Virus record (IMG/VR): IMGVR_UViG_2818991472_000001
Location: 32,001-96,000 of that record
Origin: a virus
Lineage: Duplodnaviria > Caudoviricetes
Direction: 5' to 3' (one strand)
DNA length: 64,000 nucleotides
Shown: piece after piece, positions 46,751 to 56,043 of the stretch
Layout: every line of letters begins with the position of its first letter
Numbering within the stretch: position 1 is the first letter of the stretch
The notes under the pieces: model-generated
The model's input: only the letters and a program-made list of their open reading frames with translations
Databases searched by the model: none
What the model was told of the DNA's origin: nothing
Program-made: the position numbers and the translations under genes

Positions 46751-47845
46751 TCAGGCGGCGTGCTGGGCGGCGTCGGTCTGGTCGTACGGGAGGGGGATGG
46801 GGGCGGGCAGGGTGCGGGTGGTCTCGGGCCACCCCTTGCGCCACTCCTCGACCACGGTCAGCACGATGGGGCCGGTGACGCCGTAGTAGGCGGCGAGCAC
46901 GCGCACGGCGTCGTCCTTGGTGGTCTGGGCGGTGCCGACGACGCACCCGGCGGTGCCCTCCTCGGCGTACCACTTGCCGTCTTCGGTGATCACGCAGCCG
47001 CCGAAGTTGGCGGAGGTGACCAGGCCCTTGCCGCGTTCGACCATGTCGACGGCGACGGCGGTGGTGGTCATGATCGCGGTGAGCGCGTCGGCGGCGGCCC
47101 GGTGGGTGGCGACGGTCTTGGCGCAGTCGGCGGCGGACTTCTCGGCCTTGGTGGCCACGGTGGTCCAGTGGTGGGCGCGGTCGTCGCCGGGGCGCTCGGC
47201 GAGGGCCCGGCGGTGGCGCTCGGCTTCGGCGGTCTCGCGGCGCTCCTGGTCGGCCCAGTGGGCGGCGCTGCGCTCGTGCTCGGTGCGGAAGCGCTCCAGG
47301 GTGGGGGTGTCGGTGACCACCATGATCACGCCCACCTCGTCCCGGGTCTTGCCCGCGTACAGGGTGATGGTGCCGCCGTTGTTGATCATGACCTCCCCGT
47401 GCTCGGCGCGGACGCGCTCCACCGCCTCCCAGACCTCGGCCGGGGTCTGGTGGGTGAGGGGGCGGGAGGTGCCGCCCCAGGTGTCGGCGTAGCCGTAGGC
47501 GGGGGCGGTGAGGTGCTCGCGGGTGACGGGGATGCCCTTGACGGGGCGCAGCGGGGTGCCGGGGGTCACGCGCAGCATGGGCACGTGGTAGGTGCTCTGG
47601 GCGCCCCGGTGCTGGGAGGTGCGTTCGACGTCGTAGCCGCGCTGCTCCAGGGCGGTGGCGATGTCGTCGAGGGCGGTGGCGTCGGTGCCCTCCCAGGTGA
47701 CGGCGACTTCCCCGGGGGCGGTCTGAGAGACCTGGTAGCCGGTGTGGGGGTTGCGCCGGATGCCCTTGTCCGTGAGTGCGGTGGTGGTGGCGAGTTGGCG
47801 GGAGATGGTGGCGGCGTGGGCGGTGGTGGCGGGCTTCGCGGTCAT
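46751..47845 (-). CDS. Multi-module cassette protein
   Basis: Start MTAKPATT after repeat 47893. Confidence 0.75.
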   Translation of the reverse strand: MTAKPATTAHAATISRQLATTTALTDKGIRRNPHTGYQVSQTAPGEVAVTWEGTDATALDDIATALEQRGYDVERTSQHRGAQSTYHVPMLRVTPGTPLRPVKGIPVTREHLTAPAYGYADTWGGTSRPLTHQTPAEVWEAVERVRAEHGEVMINNGGTITLYAGKTRDEVGVIMVVTDTPTLERFRTEHERSAAHWADQERRETAEAERHRRALAERPGDDRAHHWTTVATKAEKSAADCAKTVATHRAAADALTAIMTTTAVAVDMVERGKGLVTSANFGGCVITEDGKWYAEEGTAGCVVGTAQTTKDDAVRVLAAYYGVTGPIVLTVVEEWRKGWPETTRTLPAPIPLPYDQTDAAQHAA

Positions 47846-47892
47846 CTCGGTGGCTCCCTGGGCGGTGGTCGGTCGAACGCAACAAGGCCAAG

Positions 47893-47932
47893 CTAGTGCA
47901 CAGCGATGAGTATGCGCAAGCTGTGTCACTAG
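47893..47932 (-). promoter_or_regulatory. Palindromic early-promoter repeat C
   Basis: CTAGTGCACAGCGATGAGTATGCGCAAGCTGTGTCACTAG. Confidence 0.85.
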
Positions 47933-48012
47933 ATTGGCTGGCCGGGCCGGACAACAGGCCGCCCCGCTGCTCCCGTCACCAGGGGCGCAGCGGGGCGGCC
48001 ACCGCCACGGGC

Positions 48013-48624
48013 TCACTGCTCGCTCGGGTCTCCTGCTTCCTGCTCGAACACGTACGCCCGCCCGCCCACCTCGAAGATCAGCACGTCCTCACGGCTGAGG
48101 TAGTACCACTCCCCCGCCGACCGCCAGTCCACGAAGTCCGCCAGGCCCGTCAGGATGCCCATGCGGTCACGCCCCTCGTACTCGCTGCGGGCCCACGCCG
48201 CCACCGAGTCGAACACCCCCTGGTAGGCGTCCTCCGCGATCTCCTCCAGCTCCAGGGCCGTCACCTCGTGCTCGCCGTTGCGCTGCTCCACGAACAGGCC
48301 CATGGCGTTCACCGCGTGCTCCCCGTGCGCGTCCACCAGCTGCGCGACGGTCTCAAGCCACTGGTGCCCCTCCTCGGCAAGCACCTCGAACCCGTCCCGG
48401 CCCACCTCGGCCACGGCCGCGATGATCTCCCGCTCCCCCCGGGCCGCCCGGTCCGCCAGGGCGTAGCCGACCACCCCGAGGGAGTCCAGTTCCGCCAGCC
48501 GCTCCGTGTCGCCCGCCTCGGCCGCCTCGATGCGCTGCTCCGCGAACGCCCCGTGCACCAGCGGGTCACCCTCGAACTCGGCCAGCAGGCCCTGGATACG
48601 CGCGTCGCAGTCGAACTTGCCCAT
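48013..48624 (-). CDS. ardA: ArdA-like antirestriction protein
   Basis: Very acidic; C-terminal EDAYQGVFDS...WA...LADFVDW...GGRAYVF resembles the ArdA C-terminal domain. Confidence 0.65.
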   Translation of the reverse strand: MGKFDCDARIQGLLAEFEGDPLVHGAFAEQRIEAAEAGDTERLAELDSLGVVGYALADRAARGEREIIAAVAEVGRDGFEVLAEEGHQWLETVAQLVDAHGEHAVNAMGLFVEQRNGEHEVTALELEEIAEDAYQGVFDSVAAWARSEYEGRDRMGILTGLADFVDWRSAGEWYYLSREDVLIFEVGGRAYVFEQEAGDPSEQ

Positions 48625-48729
48625 GGTGATCTTGAACCCTCTCAGTACCGTCCAACGCCCCGGGACCACCCCGGACCGCCCCACCCAAGGGGGCGCAGCA
48701 CCACCGCCACGCCCCCGCCCACCGCAACG

Positions 48730-49698
48730 CTAGGCCACCTCGGCCACCGGCTTGACCACCGCGACCATCAGCCGCTGCCACTTCGCCAGGATGCCGCCCG
48801 GGGGCACGTCCTCCAGGGTGATCACGCTCTCACCGCGCCCCTGCTCCCGGTACCCGGCCACCACCGCCGAGCGCACCAGCGCCACCGCCCACGCCCGGTC
48901 ACCGTGCTTGCTCCGGGTCGCGTGGGTGGGGAACTCCTCCCACACCCCCTCGAACAGCTCGCCCTGGGGCACCAGCGCCTCAGCGATGGCATCCGCGTCC
49001 GCCCGGCGCCGCTCCCCCTCCCGGTGCCAGTCCAGAATGGTCTGGTCCACCACGCGCAGCGCTGCGCCGTCGCGCCCCTCGATCAGCAGCACGCCGAACC
49101 CGGCCGCCTCCAGCGCCGCCTTAGCCTTGCCCACGGTGTCCGCGTGCCCCTCCGGCGCAGCGATGCGCGCCCCCTTGTCGTCGGAGAACGCCCGCTGGAA
49201 CGCCGCCTGGTTCTGGGCGCGGTAGTACCAGGACACCGTCACGGACGTGCCCCCGCCCTCACCCCGGCCGGGCGCGTCCTGCCGGAAGCCGTCGCTGTGC
49301 ACGCCGAAGAACCCTCCGGACTTGACGCTCTGCTCCAGCCCGGCCCCCTTCAGCACCCGGGTGATGGACCCCTTGACCGGCTCACGCACCGGCGCGGGCG
49401 CGGCCACCTCCACCACCGCCTGCTGCTCCCCGCCCTCACGCTGCTCCCGCTCGGCGCGGACCTCGGCAAGGGTGGCGTCCAGGGCTGCCTGGCGGTCGGA
49501 CTCGATGCCGGTGGCCGTGGTGAACCCGGTGTCGGTGAGGACGTAGCCGCCGTCCCCGGCGGCGCTCAGGTAGCCGTCGGCCGCGAGCGACACCAGGGTG
49601 CGCAGGTTGCCGGTGACGCGGCGCAGCGGGTTGTCGAGGGGGCTTTCGATCCCGGTGAGCAGGGCCTTGGACTTGGCGGGGCTGAGCTTGCGGGCCAT
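48730..49698 (-). CDS. Multi-module cassette protein (N-terminal wHTH-like)
   Basis: MARKLSPA...RTLVSL...GYL...VLTDTG. Confidence 0.75.
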   Translation of the reverse strand: MARKLSPAKSKALLTGIESPLDNPLRRVTGNLRTLVSLAADGYLSAAGDGGYVLTDTGFTTATGIESDRQAALDATLAEVRAEREQREGGEQQAVVEVAAPAPVREPVKGSITRVLKGAGLEQSVKSGGFFGVHSDGFRQDAPGRGEGGGTSVTVSWYYRAQNQAAFQRAFSDDKGARIAAPEGHADTVGKAKAALEAAGFGVLLIEGRDGAALRVVDQTILDWHREGERRRADADAIAEALVPQGELFEGVWEEFPTHATRSKHGDRAWAVALVRSAVVAGYREQGRGESVITLEDVPPGGILAKWQRLMVAVVKPVAEVA

Positions 49699-49742
49699 GG
49701 GGTCCTCCGGTGCTTGGCAGGGCGTTGGTGACAGGAAGAAAG

Positions 49743-49782
49743 CTAGTGCACCGCTGCGCGTATACGCAAGTGGGTTCACGAG
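49743..49782 (-). promoter_or_regulatory. Palindromic early-promoter repeat D
   Basis: CTAGTGCACCGCTGCGCGTATACGCAAGTGGGTTCACGAG. Confidence 0.85.
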
Positions 49783-49940
49783 ACTTCCCGGCGGGCCAGG
49801 GTGACAACCGGCGCCCCATCACGGCCGGTAACACGAGGTGGAGTCACCACCACGAACTATGACAATCAGTGACCAAAGGGGAAGGGCGCGCTACCCGGTC
49901 TCCCAGGTGCGCGCCCCGCTGTTGTGCCCCCGCTTCTGCC

Positions 49941-50444
49941 CTACTCCTCGGACCACCAGTCGGTGAGGGCCGGGTCGAGGAACGCGGCGTACTGCTCCTC
50001 TCCCAGGAACTCCCGCAGGCGCGGAGTCACCACCTGGGCCGTGGTGAACTCCTCCCACTCCGCGTCCACGTCCGCGCGGGCGGTCTCGTTGCGGTCCAGC
50101 CACACGGTGAAGTCCCCGGCGCTGCGGTCGAAGTCCCGAGCGTTCTCGACCAGGTGGTGCAGCAGGTCCTGAAGGATGGGGGTGCTACCGAAGGGCCCCC
50201 GGGTGCCGTACTCGCCCGGGGTCTCGTACTCAACCAGGAGGTAGCGGCCGTGGTGCCCGGACAGGGCGCCGTCTTCCTTGTCGTCCCCGAGCGCGATCCC
50301 CGTGCCGTCCAGCAGGGCGCGGAACAGGATGACGGCCCAACGCTGAATCTGAACGGTCCCCGGGTCGGCGGTACCGATGTGATGGAAACGGGCGGTGATG
50401 GCGTTGACCTTGATGCGGCCGGACGCGGCGATCTGCTGGGCCAT
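49941..50444 (-). CDS. Hypothetical acidic protein
   Basis: GGGAGA RBS. Confidence 0.7.
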   Translation of the reverse strand: MAQQIAASGRIKVNAITARFHHIGTADPGTVQIQRWAVILFRALLDGTGIALGDDKEDGALSGHHGRYLLVEYETPGEYGTRGPFGSTPILQDLLHHLVENARDFDRSAGDFTVWLDRNETARADVDAEWEEFTTAQVVTPRLREFLGEEQYAAFLDPALTDWWSEE

Positions 50445-50471
50445 GGTCGTGGGGTCTCCCTCTGGGGTAGG

Positions 50472-50681
50472 TCAGTTGGTCGGAACGTCGGCGGGGCCAG
50501 CGATGTACCAGCGATCACGATGGGGGCCACCACCGAAGCGGAAGACGAGCGGGCCGACGTGGATGTCTTGGTCGGTGGGGACGTCCACGTAGCTCGCCCA
50601 GTGGAGATTGCCGTTGAGCGCCTCAACGATCTTGATGGCGAGTTCGCTCCGGCTGGGGTCGGAACTGGGATTCCGGGCCAT
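50472..50681 (-). CDS. Small hypothetical protein
   Basis: MARNPSSDPS; GGAG RBS. Confidence 0.6.
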   Translation of the reverse strand: MARNPSSDPSRSELAIKIVEALNGNLHWASYVDVPTDQDIHVGPLVFRFGGGPHRDRWYIAGPADVPTN

Positions 50682-50736
50682 GGTTCTCCAATCGGGCCGG
50701 GCCCGCCCGGCAGTGGTACCGGGCGGGCGGGGGCGG

Positions 50737-51903
50737 TCAGCGCATGGTGAGGATGTTGTCCCGGGAGGACATGATGGCGGGCTGGTCGGTGTCGGCGTTC
50801 TGAACGAGCCAGGCCCGGCGGCCGTGCAGGGTGGTGGTGTCCCGCAGGATGGCCGGGAACGAGCCGCCGCCCTGGAGCGAGACGACGTTGACCAGGGTGC
50901 CGCTGGGGAAGTCGGAGACCACCGGGGAGCACTCGGTGGCCAGCCACTCCGCGCCGCCGTCGTCGGTGACCTTGACGCGGGTGGGCTCGCCGTCGCGGTA
51001 GACCATGCGGGCCACCCTGCGGACGGTGCCATCGGCAACAGCGACCCGGGCATCCCGGGGGTAGTCGAAGTGAGCCGGGGTGGGGGTGGTGGGGTAGACG
51101 GCGAGCCCGGCCGGGCCGGAGACGGCGGCGCGCACGTACTCGTTGCGGGTGACCAGGTTGGTCTCGATGCTGGCCCGCCACTCCCGGTACGGGTCGTTGG
51201 TGAAGGCGTCGACGATGGCGCTCAGCTTGGGGCCGGTGACGCGGACGACGCCGGGGCCGCCGCTCTCGACGGTGCAGCCGGTCAGCCCGGCGGCGTCGAG
51301 CAGGTCGAGGGCGGGGCCGATGGGCGAGTGGCTGCGGTGGCCGACGCGGTCGGCGATGGGGCCGCTGTTGGGGGCGTCGGGCGCGGGGGTGGTGTCGGTC
51401 ATCTTGGTCACGGTGCCGGAGAGTTCGCGGATCACGATCACGTCGCGGCCGTCGTCGCTCTTCTGGCGGGTGACGGCGGCGCCGCGCCACACGGCGGCCA
51501 CGATCCGGGCGCGGACCAGGGGCGGGGTGATGATGCGGCCGGGCTCGGGGATGCCGTTGGCGGTGACGCTGGTGTTGTACCGGTTGGGGTAGGTGCCGGT
51601 GGCGGGGTTGCAGGCCATGGCGTCCGCGATGGTGCGCACGTGGTCCCTACGGGCCTTGCTCGCCTGGGCGTCGTCGTCACCGGTGGGGGGCTCCTCGGCG
51701 TGGCGGACGGCTTCGGCGCGCCCGGCGGCGGTGAGCAGCACGCGGCGGTTGGTGCCGGTGCCGTGCTCGAAGGCCAGGTCACGGCGGATGAGGGCGTTGG
51801 CGGTGCCCTTGGGGGCGTGGACCTCGTGGCCGAAGGCGGTGAGGGCGTCGAGGAGGGCGGTGATCATGGTCGGGGTGAGCTTGGCGGGCTTGTCCGTGGC
51901 CAT
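50737..51903 (-). CDS. Multi-module cassette protein (wHTH-like plus SH3-like modules)
   Basis: KLTPTM...TANALIRRDLA...LLTAAGR; after repeat 51950. Confidence 0.75.
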   Translation of the reverse strand: MATDKPAKLTPTMITALLDALTAFGHEVHAPKGTANALIRRDLAFEHGTGTNRRVLLTAAGRAEAVRHAEEPPTGDDDAQASKARRDHVRTIADAMACNPATGTYPNRYNTSVTANGIPEPGRIITPPLVRARIVAAVWRGAAVTRQKSDDGRDVIVIRELSGTVTKMTDTTPAPDAPNSGPIADRVGHRSHSPIGPALDLLDAAGLTGCTVESGGPGVVRVTGPKLSAIVDAFTNDPYREWRASIETNLVTRNEYVRAAVSGPAGLAVYPTTPTPAHFDYPRDARVAVADGTVRRVARMVYRDGEPTRVKVTDDGGAEWLATECSPVVSDFPSGTLVNVVSLQGGGSFPAILRDTTTLHGRRAWLVQNADTDQPAIMSSRDNILTMR

Positions 51904-51949
51904 GGTGGTCTCCAGTCCTTGGCAGGGTTGGGTGGTGACAGGAAGAAAG

Positions 51950-51989
51950 CTAGTGCACCACTTCGCGTATACGCAAGTGGTTTCACGAG
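51950..51989 (-). promoter_or_regulatory. Palindromic early-promoter repeat E
   Basis: CTAGTGCACCACTTCGCGTATACGCAAGTGGTTTCACGAG. Confidence 0.85.
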
Positions 51990-52035
51990 AGTGGGGCCGG
52001 GCGGCCCGGGGTGACGGGGCCGCCCGGCTGTCTAG

Positions 52036-52905
52036 TCAGTAGTCCAGGCCCCACGCGGTCATGCGCTCGGACCACTCGCCCAGCACGGTGTGCACGGCCG
52101 TCAGGTCGTCGTACGTGGCGGTGCCGTCGTCCACCAGGCCGAGCACGCTCATGCCCGCCATGTTGGCGTCGGCGATCTCCTCGCGGGTTTGCGCCCGGTG
52201 CTGGCGGAAGCCGGGCAGGTACTCGCCGTAGACGGTGAGAGCCACGTCGGCGACCGCGAACACCCACGACGTGTAGGTGCCCCACGGGCTGTGTTCGATG
52301 TCGTCCCGCATCATCTCGGCCATGATCGCGTCGTAGCCCGGGGTGCGGCCGGTCTCGGGGTGCTCGGGCAGGCGGGCCGCCGCCTTGTGCCACTGGGCGT
52401 AGCGGGCCATGGTGCGGAACGCGGCGGCGACGTCGTCGGTGGTCACCTCGGTGTCGGTGACGTCGTCGGTGTCGATCATGTCGAACACCATCGCGGCCGG
52501 GTAGGTGTCACGGTAGGCGTTGGCCACGACTGCCGGGGTGGCGTGCGCGGTGGTGTCGTCGAGCGCGGTCCCGGTCCGGGCGTAGTGCACGGCGCTCAGC
52601 GCGATGATCCAGTCGACGATGGTGTCGTGGTCCAGGTCGTTGGTGCGGATCTCGTCGATGAGCTCGCGGTAGCCCTCGGTGTTCCAGCCGACGCGGATGC
52701 CCTGGGGGGTGCGGTTGACGGTGGTCCCCAGGATCTCCCACCCGTCGGTTTCGATGCCGGGCCAGTCGGCGGCGGTGGGCTCGCTCGCGCCGCCGAAGTA
52801 CAGGTGGGTGTCGGTGGTCTCGCCGGGGCGGCCGATGACCAGTTCGACGTGCCAGCGGGCCTCGGACGGGGCGACCTGCGGGCGGGGGGAGGGCATGGCG
52901 GGCAT
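52036..52905 (-). CDS. Acidic cassette protein
   Basis: After repeat 52950. Confidence 0.75.
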   Translation of the reverse strand: MPAMPSPRPQVAPSEARWHVELVIGRPGETTDTHLYFGGASEPTAADWPGIETDGWEILGTTVNRTPQGIRVGWNTEGYRELIDEIRTNDLDHDTIVDWIIALSAVHYARTGTALDDTTAHATPAVVANAYRDTYPAAMVFDMIDTDDVTDTEVTTDDVAAAFRTMARYAQWHKAAARLPEHPETGRTPGYDAIMAEMMRDDIEHSPWGTYTSWVFAVADVALTVYGEYLPGFRQHRAQTREEIADANMAGMSVLGLVDDGTATYDDLTAVHTVLGEWSERMTAWGLDY

Positions 52906-52949
52906 GAGGGCTCCAGGGGCGTTCGGGTGCGGTGGTGACAGGAAGAAAT

Positions 52950-52989
52950 CTAGTGCACTGTCATGAGTATGCGCAAGACAGTGCACAAG
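52950..52989 (-). promoter_or_regulatory. Palindromic early-promoter repeat F
   Basis: CTAGTGCACTGTCATGAGTATGCGCAAGACAGTGCACAAG. Confidence 0.85.
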
Positions 52990-53041
52990 AATGGGTGCCG
53001 CCCCGTCGTCTCCCGGGGCGGCACCCTCTCTCTCCGCAGCG

Positions 53042-55879
53042 TCAGGCGGGGAGCACGGTCACCGTGATCTCGTCCTCCCGTTCGACCGCCCACCCAGCGG
53101 CCCGGAAGGCGGCCTCATGGGCCCCGGAGAGGGCGCGGGCGAGCTGCTCCCCCTCGCCGTCCGCCCAGACGTTGCACGGGGCGGTGACGCTCACCCGGTC
53201 GTGCAGCCTGGTCAGCTCGTCGGCCGGGGTGTTGTCCACGTTCACCGAGCCGTCGCGCAGGTGGGCGGGGAGCTGGGGGTAGACGCGGTGGCCGATGGTG
53301 CCAAGCTCGGTGTTCTCCCGGCTGAACCCGGCCCGCCACAGCACCTTGCGCGCCTCCACCACGGCCGGGGTGTCCGGGCGCAGGCCGTCCCGGGGATCGG
53401 TGAGGCTGCCGTCCGCCTCCACCGTGAGCCCGTAGCCGTAGCCGACCTGGGGCGCCAGGGTGCTGCTCTCCCGGGCGTTGAGGCCCTCGGCGCGCAGCGC
53501 GGCGACGGCCGCCCGGACCTTCTCCACCGGGGTGGCGTGGGAGAAGTTGACCAGGCAGTAGACGGCGGCGGTGGCGTGGTCGGGGATCGTGTACCGGGCC
53601 GGGTCGGAGCAGTGGCCGGGCATCCTGTCCGCCTTGACCAGGCCGAGGGTGGACAGGATGGAAGTCACCTTCCCTGCAAGGGAGTTGGGGCCGTCGCCGG
53701 GGATGATGTGCCAGACCATGTGGACGGTGCCGGTGCCCAGGGCGGCGGTGGCGGCGATCATGTCCGGCCTGCTGGCCACGGCGAGGAGCGAGCGGTTCCC
53801 GTAACGGGTCTTCAGCCACTGGTCGACCTGGGCGCCGGTGACGGTCAGCTCAGAGCGCTGCTTGCCGTCCAGGTAGGCGGTCTGGCGGTACATGGCGGCC
53901 GGGTCGGTCTTGACGGCCAGCCACTGGGCGCGGATGCGCTCGCTGTCGTCGGCCGCCGGGCGGCTCCACTCCCCCGTGCTGTTCTCGCCACGCTGCCAGC
54001 CGGTGCGGGTGAGGGCCTCGGCGTAGCGGGCGCGGCGCTCGGCCGGGTCGTGGTCGGTCTCCCAGCCCCTCGGGTGCTCGTGCAGGACCAGGAGGCCGGT
54101 GTAGGCGCCGCGCAGGTCGAAACTGGTCATGACGGTGAAGCCCTCGTGCTGCTCGCCCATGGGGGCGAAGCCCGCGCGGCTCAGCGCCTGGGCGGCGGCG
54201 TCGCGGTCGGCCTCGGCGCGGGCCTGCTGCTGGGGCAGGTCGCGCAGGGCGGCGAGCAGCTCGGCGGCGGTGGCCGCGTTGGCGGCCTGGCGGTGGGGAG
54301 CGGGGTGGCTGCGGTCGGTCAGCGCGTGCCAGCGCAGGCTGTCAGGGTTGCTGCTCTGTCGCCAACTCACCTCGTAGGAACGGCCGTTGGCGGTAGTGAA
54401 CAGCCACCAGTTCGACTCAGGGAACTTCGGGTTCATGGGGCGGATGGACTCGCCGTCGCCGACCAGGGGCATGGTGCGGACGATGCGCGGCACCTCGGGC
54501 AGAGCGCGGACGGCGGCGCGGTAGCAGACGTGGGGGAACTCGGCGCCCTCCTCGTGGGCGGTCCACCCGCCGGTGATCTCGTAGCCCTCCCGGCGGATGT
54601 GCTCGGCGACCTCGTTCAGCGTCACGGCCTCGGGGGTGGCGACGCCGTGACCGCCCACCTGCCAGTGGTTGCAGCGGCACACGCAGTCGAGGGCGATGGA
54701 GACGCCGACGAACGGGGACGCCTTGAACACGCGGACCTGCCGGGCGACGTGGTCGCAGGCGGGGGCGGCCGGACGGTGGGCGCGCGGCAGCGGGCGCGGC
54801 TGCACGGGGCCGGTGACGGCCTCACCCACGGTGGCGAAGGCGCCGAACGGCGGCTGCGGGACCACGGCGAAGGCGGGCTCAGGGTCGGCCACGGCCACGG
54901 GCGCGGGGGCAGCGTCGGGGGCCGAGGCGGGCTGCTCGAAGACGTCGACACCTTCGGTGACGCGGACGGCGGCCAGCGGCGCGCGGTCGAGGAGCTTGGC
55001 CACCTCGTCCAGGGCGGCCTGGCCGCGCTCGGCGGAGGCCCGGTAGGCGTCGCCGTCGCTCCGGCCGCAGGTCCAGGCGACCCGGACGCGGTTGCTGCCG
55101 CGCAGGCGGCGCAGGTACAGGCCGTCGGTGTCGAAGCCGCCGAGCTTGTCGGACTGGGCGAGCGTCAGGCTGGCCCGCTTCAGCGCGGCGCGGACGGCGG
55201 GGACGCTGAGCGCCGGGGCGGCGGGCGCGGTCTCGGGGGCGGGGGCGACGTCGGGCAGGTTCTGGGCGAGGGCCTCGGCGCGGTGGTAGACGGCGAGGTA
55301 CCCGTTCGGCAGGACGTGGACGACGTGCAGGCCCCTGGCGCGCAGGGCCTCGGCCATCGGCTCCAGGTCGATCCCGTAGCCGTGGACGGTGACGCAGCGG
55401 CGCTTGGTGTCGCTGGAGGCGGAGAAGCCGTGGCGCTTGGTGTCGCTGTAGCGGGGGAACTCGGCGGTGTCGAGCATGGCGGAGATGCTGGCGCCGGTGA
55501 TGCCGAACGAGCGGGCCTTGCGGCGGGCGGCCTTGGTGGCGCGCTCGACGCAGCGGGAGTCGGTGCAGGGCTGACCCTTGCGCAGGGCGTGGTGGTCGAG
55601 GTGGCCGTTGATCTTGCCCGCGTTCTTGACGGAGAGGGGGCAGGCGTCGAGGGCGGTCTGGTCGTAGAGCCAGGGGCGGTCGTACGGGTCGCGGGCCTTC
55701 AGCGGGGCGGCGTCGACGTCGTCGATCAGCGTCTTGGCCCAGGTGATGGCCTCCTTGGGCGTCATGGTGCGGTTGGGGGCGGGCACGAGGTGGTCGTTGA
55801 TCTTGATGATCGTCGGGTTGTACTGGTTGCCCTGGGGACGGGTGGCCTCGATGGTGCGGCCCTTGTGGGTGGTCTTCAC
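53042..55879 (-). CDS. Large multi-module cassette protein (about 945 aa)
   Basis: True start GTG 55879 (VKTTHKGR) after repeat 55929; several copies of the recurrent module. Confidence 0.8.
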   Translation of the reverse strand: MKTTHKGRTIEATRPQGNQYNPTIIKINDHLVPAPNRTMTPKEAITWAKTLIDDVDAAPLKARDPYDRPWLYDQTALDACPLSVKNAGKINGHLDHHALRKGQPCTDSRCVERATKAARRKARSFGITGASISAMLDTAEFPRYSDTKRHGFSASSDTKRRCVTVHGYGIDLEPMAEALRARGLHVVHVLPNGYLAVYHRAEALAQNLPDVAPAPETAPAAPALSVPAVRAALKRASLTLAQSDKLGGFDTDGLYLRRLRGSNRVRVAWTCGRSDGDAYRASAERGQAALDEVAKLLDRAPLAAVRVTEGVDVFEQPASAPDAAPAPVAVADPEPAFAVVPQPPFGAFATVGEAVTGPVQPRPLPRAHRPAAPACDHVARQVRVFKASPFVGVSIALDCVCRCNHWQVGGHGVATPEAVTLNEVAEHIRREGYEITGGWTAHEEGAEFPHVCYRAAVRALPEVPRIVRTMPLVGDGESIRPMNPKFPESNWWLFTTANGRSYEVSWRQSSNPDSLRWHALTDRSHPAPHRQAANAATAAELLAALRDLPQQQARAEADRDAAAQALSRAGFAPMGEQHEGFTVMTSFDLRGAYTGLLVLHEHPRGWETDHDPAERRARYAEALTRTGWQRGENSTGEWSRPAADDSERIRAQWLAVKTDPAAMYRQTAYLDGKQRSELTVTGAQVDQWLKTRYGNRSLLAVASRPDMIAATAALGTGTVHMVWHIIPGDGPNSLAGKVTSILSTLGLVKADRMPGHCSDPARYTIPDHATAAVYCLVNFSHATPVEKVRAAVAALRAEGLNARESSTLAPQVGYGYGLTVEADGSLTDPRDGLRPDTPAVVEARKVLWRAGFSRENTELGTIGHRVYPQLPAHLRDGSVNVDNTPADELTRLHDRVSVTAPCNVWADGEGEQLARALSGAHEAAFRAAGWAVEREDEITVTVLPA

Positions 55880-55928
55880 GGCAGGTCTCCCGGTTGCTCG
55901 GGGGCGGTCTTCCTTGGCACCGCTGAAT

Positions 55929-55968
55929 CTAGTGCAACATAATGAGTATGCGCAAGATGGTTCACTAG
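55929..55968 (-). promoter_or_regulatory. Palindromic early-promoter repeat G
   Basis: CTAGTGCAACATAATGAGTATGCGCAAGATGGTTCACTAG. Confidence 0.85.
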
Positions 55969-56043
55969 ATTCGTTCTGGAGACGCCTCGGCGGCCGGGCC
56001 CGGTAAAGGGGCTCCGGCCGCCGAGGGCAGGAAGAACCGCAGG

